A DNA stretch of 64,000 nt. Origin: Macrostomum lignano (taxonomy: Eukaryota). Where the stretch lies: positions 1 through 64,000 of the forward strand of contig NIVC01000084.1 of assembly GCA_002269645.1 (NCBI GenBank). Direction: 5' to 3'. The translations under genes were made by a program, and so were the position numbers. This document shows positions 38,802 through 50,089 of this stretch, one piece after another; position 1 is the stretch's first letter; every line of letters starts with the position of its first letter. The notes beneath the pieces were generated by a model, which worked only from the letters and a program-made list of their open reading frames with translations, searched no databases and was not told where the DNA came from.

Positions 38802-39439
38802 ATTCTTTTTTGCTTGGGATATTTTTATTAGACTTTATAGAGTTCGTCGAAAATTTGATTCGGCAGTCCCGTAGGTTTCATTCTTTTATAGAAAAGAATT
38901 CCTGAAAATATTTTGCCACGTTGAATTTAAAAAATTTAAAAAATTCAACAGTCAAATTTTTTCTTGTAATTAATTTAATTTTTTTACTTTTTTTGAGCCT
39001 CTCATTTGGAATTTAAAATGCTTTTAGTATATACGCTCGCAGTTGAAGTAATCTTGCAATGTAAAAGCAAATTGCCATTCAAATTCCATTCAAATTTACA
39101 AACTTCGGTTTTTCTAAACTTTTCGTTTTTGAACGACAAATTTTTTATTAGGAATTCTATATTTTTTGCATTACTTAGTTTTAACTTTTTTAGGAAACTT
39201 CCGTAATAAACTTTCAACTCATTTTTTAGCTGGTTGAGTTTATAATTTCAGCCTCCGTTTCAAAAATTAAATGAAGAATATCAAATTATAATTATGTTAT
39301 TCACATCTTACATAACAAAAGCATAAAATACCTCTATACCTATACCTATGATAAAGTCATCATTTTTCATAGATCATAGGTTTTTCTCAAGCTAGGTTCA
39401 AGCTTGATTCAGTTGGAGGGCCAATATGTCAGCTCTGTG

Positions 39440-39690
39440 TTGTACTGCTCACAAGCCAGTGCACGAGAGGTTCTTTTCCTGACGCTGCAGACGACTCTCA
39501 GCCGATGACAGACGAGCAGTCGGAGCTTTGTCGAATTGGAAGTACCTCTTGCACCTGGATACTTGGCCAGGAAAGCCGCGGTCAATTCCTCTTCCCTCTT
39601 CAAGCATGCAGCTAAAAGTATTGATAATGTAACAGCGGTCAGGCCCCAATTCAGATCTTCATGCACTCCACAGAATCCTCACCCTTGAAT
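39440..39690 (+). mobile_element. old RTE-like relic upstream of WSC-C
   Basis: Homologous to 28380-28630 and at the same position relative to the WSC gene. Confidence 0.6.
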
Positions 39691-39745
39691 CGTCAGCAGC
39701 CCATTCAACAAATAAAGTTACATGCCACCTGCAAGATCACCTTAA

Positions 39746-39749
<4 letters not shown>

Positions 39750-39835
<86 letters not shown>
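39750..39835. repeat. (CT)n microsatellite
   Basis: About 43 perfect dinucleotide units; a shorter tract lies at ~39898-39914. Confidence 0.98.
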
Positions 39836-39838
<3 letters not shown>

Positions 39839-40619
39839 CTGACTCACGCCACGAGTGGATGTACAAAGACCCATACTCAGCCTAGGCAGGATCCTGCCCT
39901 CTCTCTCTCTCTCTCGGCAAGTTGATTTGGTCAGTCTGGTTCCAACATGCTCCCCCACTCAGATCCACACCAACTCGATCCGGTCAACTGTCCACTGGCT
40001 TACTACACAAGTTAGTGCACTTGCTGCTGCTAGTAAACATTTTATTAACCACAAAACAATATGCATATACTGATACGAACAGCATTTAATCAAATGCTAA
40101 TTTTAGAAAAGTAATACCCCATACTATACTAATTGGGTTAAAAAACCAAGGGTCCATGAAGAGGAGGGGAAAAAGGAAAAAATGCTTTAGTGAGCGCGAA
40201 TGTCGAAAAACTCTACAGTCCGATCTCCTGAAATAGGCTCTTTTGCTTAGGAGCCCTTCACTCAGCTGATAGTTTGTGCTCGGAACTGCATATGGCCCGT
40301 TAAATTCCAATCTAAATCGAACTAAACTAATCTATGGGTTATGAGTTTTAGATGATCCAAGTCAACATCTATCCAAGGACCACAGGAATATATCTAGTCT
40401 AGTAGTCCTTGCTTCTATCTTCTGTATGGTCGAGCAGCCCCACTTCACGTTACTACCTTAAAACTTGATTTTAAACCAATGAATTGAAAAAGCTGGAGGA
40501 CTGAAGAGCCGTCAATCACTAAGTGCTACCAATTTGTTTTTATTTCCAGGAATTTTTGCAAGTCTTCCTGAGTAAACTTCTGAGTAAACTCCCTAAGCCA
40601 CTTCCTCCCTAAAATTGGG

Positions 40620-40870
40620 CCCAGACTAAAAGTTTGGGGGTTCGATTCTCGACCCACTCAAAACAATTTGTGTCCTTGAGCAAGACACTTAACTCTGCAT
40701 TGCTTCAGTTCACCCAGCTGTAAAATGGGTGCCAGCATTAGCTGAGGTAATTGAGGGTGCGTGGCGACCCTCCAGTCCTTGGACTGAACAGCCGTACGCA
40801 GCCTTCAGATGCACGACGCAATAGCTGCAACCGAGCTGTTGGTTGCGCATCTGCCCATTAGGCCGGGTTT
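40620..40870 (+). mobile_element. tRNA-derived CORE-like SINE (family 2), 5'-damaged copy
   Basis: B box GGTTCGATTC, then TGTGTCCTTGAGCAAGACACTTAAC..CAGTTCACCCAGCTGTAAAATGGG. Body shared with 51751-52005 and 62865-63120. Confidence 0.85.
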
Positions 40871-41589
40871 CATATGCAATAATTATATTATTTGTTATTA
40901 CTGAGTAAATAAATCATGTCTTTGGACTCGTTATGGAGGGCCTAGCCCGCCTCCGCAAACACTAGCAGAAACGGATCGTGAATTAAAGTCCGAGCAGAAT
41001 ACTTGTAATAGAATTTTTTATTTGGGATTCGCATTCAAGAAGCTATTAGGTTTTGTTGCAAACTTAATAAAACATTTTCATATTTAGCTGTAGCTAAGGC
41101 TGAACTTTTTTTCACTGGTTAATGGGAAGAGGCAGTGAACAACTAACAATTTTTACGAGCTAGTTCAGTTACTAGGTGTCTTTGGGGCCCTCATACGAGT
41201 ATTGACCTACATTAATCACAGGAAATTAAATGTTGGGGTCAGGGAGCTAAGTGGCGTTACGCACTCGTAATTCCTAGTGCCAGTGCTAAAACAGATTGGG
41301 GAGGACTACAAACTGAATCCACACGTAATGCACCCAGCTGCACCTTTTTCTACTTGCCGCTTCATCCCTCTTTTAGTCTATCAAGGTATGGGATAATGTA
41401 TGATCGATGCTTAGATTTGAACAATATAGTACACACACAAAGAGATCAAATTATGTGTTTCCAATTCCTACGAATACAGCGGAAATAGCAAAGAAACAAT
41501 AAAAATAAAGGAGTTGACTTAGCTCAACATCATAACAACAACAAAAGCAACAAAAAATAGGCCGTCAGCCAGTCAGGTGAGTCATGAGA

Positions 41590-42125
41590 GTAGAGACATC
41601 ACAGGGCTAGCTTGAGGGCCTGAACACGAACGTAGGCCGTAGGCCGCTTACGGCAGTCTTTGAAACGACGAGTGCGAGGCCTGCCCCCGCCCGTAGGGTT
41701 GCCTGCAGCGTCAGCAGCAGCACCTCCTGCCCCGGCTGTGGGCAGTAGGACTCTGCACGGATAATGTGGCCTGCCAGCTGGAGACGCCGATGGCGCAACA
41801 GTTCGCGGCAATAGAATGCCGCATTAGGGACGTGCTCGCAGCCGAACTTGAAGGTGGTGCGCAGCAGGCCCAGCGTGCGCCGCATCGACCTGCTTTTCAG
41901 GCGATTCCGTCTGCATTCAGGTCTCCGCGTTGTACAACAGGACGGTGTCGATTACCGCCTGGAACAGCGACGCCCTCTGGCGGTTGGGCAGGGCTTCGTA
42001 CTGCAGGACAACCCTCACGGAACGGAAGGCAGCCCAGGCAAGTCCACGGCGACGTCGTAGGTCCTCGCAAACGTCAGGCACCAGACCGCCAAGGTAGACG
42101 AACTGCTGACAGCACGGAGCAGGGA
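41590..42125 (-). mobile_element. RTE-like LINE 3' fragment
   Basis: 'RELLRHRRLQLAGHIIRAESYCPQPGQEVLLLTLQ'; reverse-complement homologue of 5100-5600. Confidence 0.8.
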
Positions 42126-43154
42126 GAAGTTGCCTGGCAATACTATCAGCTACAACACAATTAACGCACCAAAATGCAGTGGATTTTCAAATTAAGTTCA
42201 ATAACTCTCCAGAGCCTCTACGCCTCTAGTTAAAAACGGATGCACCAAATATGCAACTGCGCAATTTAAATGTCTCAAGAAAATGATTGAATTAGTACTA
42301 TTTATTACGAACCATCTGTAAAATAAATCAAGTCTCCATAGCGCTATTTTGAATATTTGTTTGAAGTAATAAATTTAATGAAGTAGACTTGGTTTTACGT
42401 TATTGTTTAATTACTTACCTCATTAATTATTCAATACGTTCACTACTTGATCCATTTCTTTCATTTCGTACATGATACTCTATCACTCCTCAAGCATGTT
42501 CTTCATCAGAATACTTACTATTTTTCGCCTTTACTTAGTCTTAAACCAGGGGCGTAGCCAGGATTTCAGATGAGGGGGCACGTCAAAGGGGGGCGCCAAG
42601 TCTGCTGGCAAGGGGGTGTCATGTTTTGCCAGCCGACTGCCAGCCGGCTTCTTTTGCCCCATCCATGGTTACGACCTGCTATTGCTTCTTTATTTTACTA
42701 AGAAACTACATACTCTTATAAATCTTCTCTCCTTGCTTACAAATATTCCATTAGACTCCCGTCTTGGCTTTAGCGTTGTATTATATTGTGACAGTGTGGT
42801 TCGTTAAAGGCATGTACATATGTCATATCGTATTTCATTATTTCGCTCGCATACCGTACTTCTTGTAATCATTCATTCATTTTAACAATATTCTATACGT
42901 GTTAATATTGCGCTTATGTTTCTTTTTTGTATTTGTAATTTATTTTCGCCTCGCATGTATTTATTTTATTATTTGTATTTCATGCATATCGTGTTACTTC
43001 TCATAAAGTAGTTCGTATCTATGTACATGTATTTACTTTACAAAAACAACAACAGGCACGAGGAATGGACCTCGGGGGGACTGTTATCTGTCGTGGCGCG
43101 TTCCGTCGGACCTTCACGACCGAAGCTACAACGAAGCTGACTGGAGTATGAGAG

Positions 43155-43553
43155 ATGCTGGCGAGCGCGGCCCGGCTGACTCGGCTCGGAGTAGATAAAC
43201 GCGCAGTGGTGACGTCGAATCCAATCCAGGACCGGCCGGAACCGAGTGCGCCACGTGTGGCAAGGGACTCAGGAAGACCTGGTTGACCTGTGCGGAGTGT
43301 CGAGATCGGGTGCACCAAAAGTGCGCCGGTAGTACGAGAAGCGCGACGGCGCAGTACCTGATGGGGCGGGACGTGTGGTTGTGTATGGGTTTCTCGCCGC
43401 AAGAGGCCAACGTCGAGTGCAAACGGTGCCACTCCAGGATCAGAGCGATCGCGAAGGCGGTCAACTGCTCTGGCTGTAAAAGCGCCTGCCACAAGGCGTG
43501 CACGAGCCTCACCCGGCGCCAGTTGAAGCTGCCGGGAAACAATGAGGTAAGAG
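43155..43553 (+). mobile_element. LINE N-terminal fragment with a 2A-like peptide (GDVESNPGP) and two PHD-type fingers
   Basis: The frame of ORF 43283-43594 extended upstream reads RSGDVESNPGPAGTECATCGKGLRKTWLTCAECRDRVHQKC...CKRC..CSGCKSACHKAC. It is truncated by an inverted RTE piece. Confidence 0.7.
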
Positions 43554-43655
43554 CCCTGAAGCACCCCAGAGGATGTCTCAAAGAAATCCGATAGGCTGTC
43601 CAGTGTTAGCACAGCAGCGTTAAGCACAGTAGCGGCACAGGGCCATGACGGCGGA
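43554..43655 (-). mobile_element. short RTE-like RT fragment
   Basis: 'DFFETSSGVLQG'; homologous to 1690-1765. Confidence 0.65.
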
Positions 43656-44499
43656 AATCAGCAGCTTTTTACTTTTATTTTTTTATTTTACTTATTTACT
43701 TTTACTTTTATTTTATTTGTTTTAATCATTTACTTTGCAGTATTCTAGCACTACTCGATTAATTTGTACATTGCGCCTGGGGGTTTGTCTGATTAGCTAG
43801 GCTTGTTTTATCAATTTTTGTCATATTTACAATTTTAAATATGCACTTGCAGTCAGCAGCCGCTTTCTCACTTCTTCTCTGCTCGCGGGCCCTTAGCCGT
43901 CTGGCTTTCCTCGCCCTCACAAGTTTACCCTTCCGCCGCCTATTTCGGCCCACCAATCAACAGGGTCCCGACCGGCCTTCGCAAGGCGCAAACAGAGCCC
44001 ATTGCATTAAAGTCCATCGTACCAATTTACATTACGCTAGTGTGAAATCGCGGCTGCTGATACTGGATCGTTGACTCAAATAAAATAAAATTAAACTATT
44101 CGCTACACAAAGTCTTCCGCCTTAATCGTCACAATTTACTTTTCTTTCTAATCTTTCAGTCCAATTTACTTCAGGTTTTGTTTACCTCTCATCCTAACTA
44201 TTACCAAGTTTTTGTTTGAGTATGAGTTTGCAAAAATAGTTCCGGGGATTCAAATTTCGCCGGATTCAAAATCCGCGGGTTTTAACAACATGCTTTTTGT
44301 TATATTTATGATTGCAAAACGTAACATCCTTCCGATATGAAATTTCTCTTGCTGTGCTTTGCGTCATCGATTTTTCTGCGTCTTAATTTTCGCAATTCTT
44401 TTCTTCTCAATTTTCATCTTAAAATGTCTGATTTTTCAATGACATTTTAAGATAAAAATTTATTAGGAGAGAGACTCTTCGAGAGACTCGAGAGACGCC

Positions 44500-44600
44500 C
44501 ACGAGAGGCCAACTGCCCAGAGCACACAGAGTGTACATGTTTGATGATTTGAAAGTCAGAGCCGATGTATATCCTGTACTGGGCATCACTGATTGCCTCT
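44500..44600 (+). mobile_element. fragment of the SINE family 1 central domain
   Basis: The reverse complement matches 59765-59810 (CCCTGACTTTCTAATCATCAGGCATGTACACTCT). Confidence 0.5.
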
Positions 44601-46886
44601 TTTTGGCTGTGATAATTTTTTTAACATTGCGTATGACGTTCTAGTACGTATTGAAAGCAACAGCTATTGCTTGTCACGGAAAATTATTACGATCAATTCT
44701 GCATCATCCACTATCGAGACATCTTCCCCATCACTGTAAACTCTATACTGTAAAACTCTATACTGTAACACTAATTTTGAATACTAATCTCTAATTAATT
44801 GCTCACATTTATATAATATAGCTAATACAAATTGTCGTCTCTTTGTACATCACAACATACTTTGTGTTTTGTTGGTATTTTAATGACAAGTGCCCCTAGC
44901 TCTTCTTATGCATATGATGAGGACGCACTTTTTCCCAAATCCCACGCTAGCACATGGGCTCTAAACTTACTAGCCTACTAACAGTGGGCAATGGGCATTT
45001 TTATCCTTTTTCTGCGGATTGTCATAGAATCTGTACTAGATATAATGTTTGGTCATACTAGTAGTCATAATACCATAGGCGCAGCTTTTTGGGTCATAAA
45101 TCATCGCTTTCGAAGCTGGTCTGACAGCCACCTGCGCCTCACTCAGTGTTGAGGCGGGCGCCAGATGGTCTGAGGGGATGCGAATGATAGCTTTTTTCTC
45201 ATCATTTTGACAGGCCATCAAGATTTATGAGGTCAGGGCCTATTGTTCGTGTTCACTCAAGCGTGTGACAGTTTTGACAGCTATGCATTTTACCCCTATA
45301 AGTACTTTGGGATTAGCAATTAGCGATTTCTCTTCATTATCTTCACTTTCTATTTAATAAGAGCTTTCTAATGTATTTTTGTCATTAATTTTTTTCAATT
45401 CTACGCGAAAAGTCATAAATCATTTTGTTGCGATTTTGATTGATTTATGGCCGCACCTGTCATGTTTTTAAGACCCCGGGGGAACTGATAGGATCTCCCG
45501 GTCACGTGATTCTGGGTAGCAACGAGCTTAGCCAATCTGAAAATTCGACGCTCATTTTAACAAAACGGCTCAGCCAATCAGAATCGACGTGTTCCATTAT
45601 AACAAACTGCGGTCCAGTTGGCGGCAATTTAAACCGGTGTTTTTGGCCCGCAAGGACTTCATCCCGTTCCCGTTCCCGGTGCCGTTCTGGGAGCTAACCC
45701 TGCAAACCTTCTTGGACCGGGTGCTACCCTTGGCTCCACCGGCCAGGAATTGACCGTCGTTTCTTGATCCCCGGATTGCGACTTCCCCCCATCATCATCA
45801 AGGACGAATCCCCTCGGTCATCAGCAGTGAACATCAAAGTTAAGAGCATCACCTGCTAGCTATCAGCGAAGATTGTGACATCAGCATCATCCCGCGCCTA
45901 CAGCTGCGAAGCACTAAGCCGATTCGGTCACTGTGGATTACCTGGTCTCCGGCTGTTGAGTTTCTGATTGGTTGGGTGAGAGGCTGCCTAGACTTGCTTG
46001 ATTGGGTGATTCCTTACCTGTCCCCTGTTTTAGTTGCTGGATTAGGCGCACACTTTTGCTCATTTTGTTCAGTAGTGCTGTTGCTGAGGCAGAAGTCATT
46101 CAATAATACTGCTAGTAGTCTGAAACTCCAATTCAATCTGAAGTGTGAAGTGAACTAAGGAGAAGGTTAAATCTAGCAGTTATTTTTATCGGTTTTATTT
46201 CTTTGTTCGCCGATGGCTCAGATGAGGAGCTAAGCTAGTAGGCGCCGGTCACAGTGGACCAATGGCAAGGCAGTTCTCAGTCGATCAATCTATCAAATCA
46301 GGTAGCGAAATTGCCAATAGTGCCGAAACGGCTCCAGAGATGCACTCTGTGCACTCTAGGTTCGCCAAGCGGCTCGGGTAAATGAATCATGCGGTCTCTG
46401 AAGTTCAAGTTAGCCTATCATCAGCGCTAGGAGAGGCTGGTCGGCGCGTTGAAGGCCAAAAGTACATCTTCGTATTTAGCAATGTAATAGTACATGTAGC
46501 TACCCCATAGTCTCGCCACTGCAAGAATCCCCTGCACAAGTCCCCTCTGTACCTGCATGGCCAATGCGATCTAGTCCCAGCAGTGTCTCTTATCATCGGC
46601 TATTACTTCGAGATTGACAGCAAAAAGACACTAGTTTGCAGGTAAGTGCAAAGCCCCTTCTAGTCGGAAGCCCGATTTCGAGAGTCCCGGTGTGGTGAGC
46701 CAGGGCGCACGGGCTGGTGGCAGCGAGTTAGCTAATCTGCGGATTAACTAATTTCTACCTTCAAAATTCTCCCTGCTTGTCTCTCACTGTCCCTCTCTTA
46801 GCTATAGGACCTAGACTGCTCGCCACAAGATCAAGCTACCAAGGGGCTGACCATCTGACAGGAGTGGGGGGCCAGGACTCTAATTG

Positions 46887-46959
46887 ATTTATTTCTGAGA
46901 CCTGAGGCCCGAAGGCTTCCCCACAAGGGGGCCGAAAGGTCGAAACCCATCACATAAAT
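46887..46959 (+). ncRNA. hammerhead-like structured motif with a branched stem II region (degenerate)
   Basis: ATTTATTT-CTGA-GACC...GGCCGAAAGGTC-GAAAC-CC-ATC-ACATAAAT: stem I 7/8 bp, internal hairpins GAGGCC(cgaa)GGCTTC and CCC(acaa)GGG; the CUGANGA core is incomplete. Confidence 0.4.
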
Positions 46960-47167
46960 GGTTGATATTATTCCTGGCCTATAATTATTAAAAAAGAGTT
47001 GCAAAATAAGATATCCCAGAGGAAAATTTGATAGCTGCTATTTTTATGCAGATCTTAAATAATTTCATTGAATGCTGTTCATGACGTTTTAACTTTTCAT
47101 TTTATTATCAGTTATTGGGATTAAATTTACTGTCAAGTTTAGCTTTAGTTGATCGATTGAGTTTGAT

Positions 47168-48714
47168 TTAGATCTGTATTTTAACTAAATCGAATATCTC
47201 AATTCCATATTCTCCTCCACATTTTTGTCCGTATTGCGCATTCTGACATTGCTGGTTACAAAACTCTTTGCTCACTGGACTTCCACGCGCTATTGTATTG
47301 CCACAGTAGCATCGGTTGCCGTTTGCTAGACCAAATAATTTTTTTCGCTTTTCAAGGCAACTTCTAGCACAATTGTCCTGGTTCATGATTAGAAAATTTT
47401 CTTTGACTTTTTCAGTTAGCACGCCTTCAGTAGGAGACCAATAAAAGCATCCCTTTGAGGGCGCTGAAATGGCGGCATAAAAGTGACTCCGTATTTTTGC
47501 AGCTTACTTGACATTTACCAAAAAAACAGCTCCACTTACCTGGCACCAATGGAATGGTAAGCTTTGGCACTTTGTAGATACTAATGAAATTGCTACCACC
47601 ACATTCTGCCTCTTTATGTGCACCACATCTTCGATTGCATCTATTGAGACCTGAAGCTGGATGACTGTAGATTTCGTTTCCACAAAAGCATTGATTGTCG
47701 AATATTCCGAAAAAATTACTCTCAAAATATTGACATTTTGGCCAACAGAGATTAGGTTCCATTTCAGTATTTCTATGACTCGAAAATTTTAGAGCTCTAA
47801 ACCCATTTGAATTAAAATAGCAACCCACGTAGTCTTCTGAAATGGTTTGATTAATTACAGACATATTACCCTCAGCTGTGTTCATAAAGTACGAGTAACA
47901 GTTAAAAAGCTGCTGCATTTAAGCAAACTAAGAAATCCGGACGAAGCCCAGGCAACAGGGCGTTGTTGCGGCATGCAATTTGTTTTATTAGTGATTGTGC
48001 GCATTCGATAATCAGTGATTTTTCAAGCCTAAAGTGAAGCATTGAATGCGCGTAAAGAAAGGGGGAAATAAAAAGACAAAAATGTACGTTATACGAATCT
48101 AAAAGGTTATACGAGCGTACGAACGTATTTACACCGAGCCGTGAACAACTTATGCGGCAAATTGTCATAGGGAGAGACTGTAACGTTGCGTATTAATGTT
48201 CTATTTAATGCTAGTGCAGTAAATGAATAGAAACTTACCGCTTGGATCTGAAATGAAGGTGGGAACTCAAATTTTTTTTACGTATTTTTGTAAATTTCTA
48301 ATTCTCGTTAACTACAAATGTGAGCAAACCATTGGCATATTTAGCTGCGAACAGATAGATAAAATCGTTTTACTTTTTTGGATATAAAGCTTAACAAGTT
48401 TCAATATCAACTCAATGAAGATTCTCGTTTCAAAGGCTAAAAACAGCTGAATTCTTGTACAAAAATGTTTATTGGCAACGAAACTTCCTATACCTAGTTA
48501 ATCTAGATCTTAGAAGTGAATTGTAGTATTCGGTACTCACGGAAGTTGGCTGAAATGAAGGGCGCAAACTTCAGAATTATGTTAAAGTTTTTAAATGACT
48601 ACACATCAAAAAGCCATTCTCTGAGTAGCTCGTAATACACAGAATCTCACCATCGTCTCCAAAGATGCCTGGAGCAGTAACGAGAAGAGTCAGAGCGAGA
48701 GTATGGAACAGCAT
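47168..48714 (-). CDS. WSC-D: signal peptide + 2 WSC domains (218 aa); exons 48714-48651, 47836-47540, 47463-47168
   Basis: Exon 1 MLFHTLALTLLVTAPGIFGDD; phase-1 GT-AG introns; 8 Cys per domain; AATAAA at ~47101-47106. Confidence 0.92.
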
Positions 48715-49429
48715 GTCGAATTTATTGGATTTAGGCTTTTTTGCAATCGTCGAAAATTTTATCGATATGTCAGGCTCGAACAGTGCTTCTTTATAGAAAA
48801 ATGTATGTGAAATTCAGAAAGTATTTGTGCCACGTAGAAATTGATTTTAGAAATTCAAAATTATTTGTGTCAATAATTTTTGTTCTTGATTGCAGCTTTA
48901 AAATGCTTCAAGAAAAGGTGTCTTCAAAATTCCATTCAAATTCCTGTTCAACGATACTAAGTTTTTGAAAATTTTTAGTTTTTTAGAGACAAAAATTTTT
49001 AATTTATCAATTTATCAGCCGTGGCCAAAAATATTGGACTATACTTTTTTGGTCTGTAGCTATTAAAGGTCTATTTTTCAATATTGGATGTACTTGCATG
49101 CTAGGTGGAGCTTGCCCCTCAAAAATTTTCTGGGTATACCCATGTGGGAGGTCACAAGCAGAAAAAAAAATGGAATACTACATGTAGATAATTTTGCCTT
49201 GTATTGTTAGTATCCTAAGGAAACCGATGTATAAAGCAAAAAAGCATCAGACCTGAAAGACAGCTATCTAGCCTTGAGCTTCAGTATCCCTGTGAGCTCT
49301 GGCATCAAAGCCTCCCTTTAACCGTAGAACTACAAAGAGGGGTTGGGAATTCCCCCCCCCCCTGACAATATTTTTGCTGCGCTGGAACGGAGCAGCGCAG
49401 GCACACGAAATTCATGAACACAGACTAAC

Positions 49430-49900
49430 TTTTTGTTGCGCACCTTCTCAAACAAGAATCAAGTCGCCAGCCTTCCGGACCGTCGAGATATTCGACGATT
49501 CTGCCAGAAGGTCGGATTTTTCCCATAAGCGCAAGTGATTCATGCAGAGCACTGCGCCTCTGTGCAGCCTTGCCAAGCCTCAAAATTTCATCAGCACGTC
49601 GATCACATGTGTCTGCATCAGCTCTGATTCGTTGGTCACTGGCCTTCACCCAGATGGAGCTTCTGGACCTTCAACAGGTGGTACCATGTGACTATGAATG
49701 TCTCTAGTTTCGCTGATCTCGCCTCGACAGTGGGCAAGCCTCAACTGCCGGACATTCTCAGCTATTCTCTCAAGCTTTCTGTCATCACATTCACATCCGT
49801 GTGAGGAAACATGCAGCTAACGTATTAATAATGTAACAGCGGTCAGGCCCCAATAAAGATTTTTATGCATTCCCCAAATGCATACCACCTGAACCCGTGC
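49430..49900 (+). mobile_element. old RTE-like relic upstream of WSC-D
   Basis: Its 3' part (CATGCAGCTAA..ATAATGTAACAGCGGTCAGGCCCCAAT) aligns with 39604-39650 and 28530-28580. Confidence 0.55.
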
Positions 49901-50089
49901 TCGCCTCCGCAACCTTACCCTAGACGAGCCGCCCCTTCCCTTGGATTGGCAGCAGTCCATCCAACGAATACGAGCGTAAAGTTACATGTAAGAGAAGTCC
50001 AAATCCCAGATTGATCGATAATTCATATCTGCGGTAACAGCCGTCGCCACGACAGCCCCAGTTGAAATTCTAAACGACAATAGCGACGC

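Noticed and set aside
42547-49144. hAT-like ends (CAGGGGCGTAGCCAGGATTT at 42547; degenerate inverted counterpart ending ~49144) bracketing WSC-D as a possible gene-capturing transposon
   Set aside because: The ends match poorly and the flanks (TCTTAAAC versus TGGGAGGT) give no 8-bp TSD; they are probably two independent relics.
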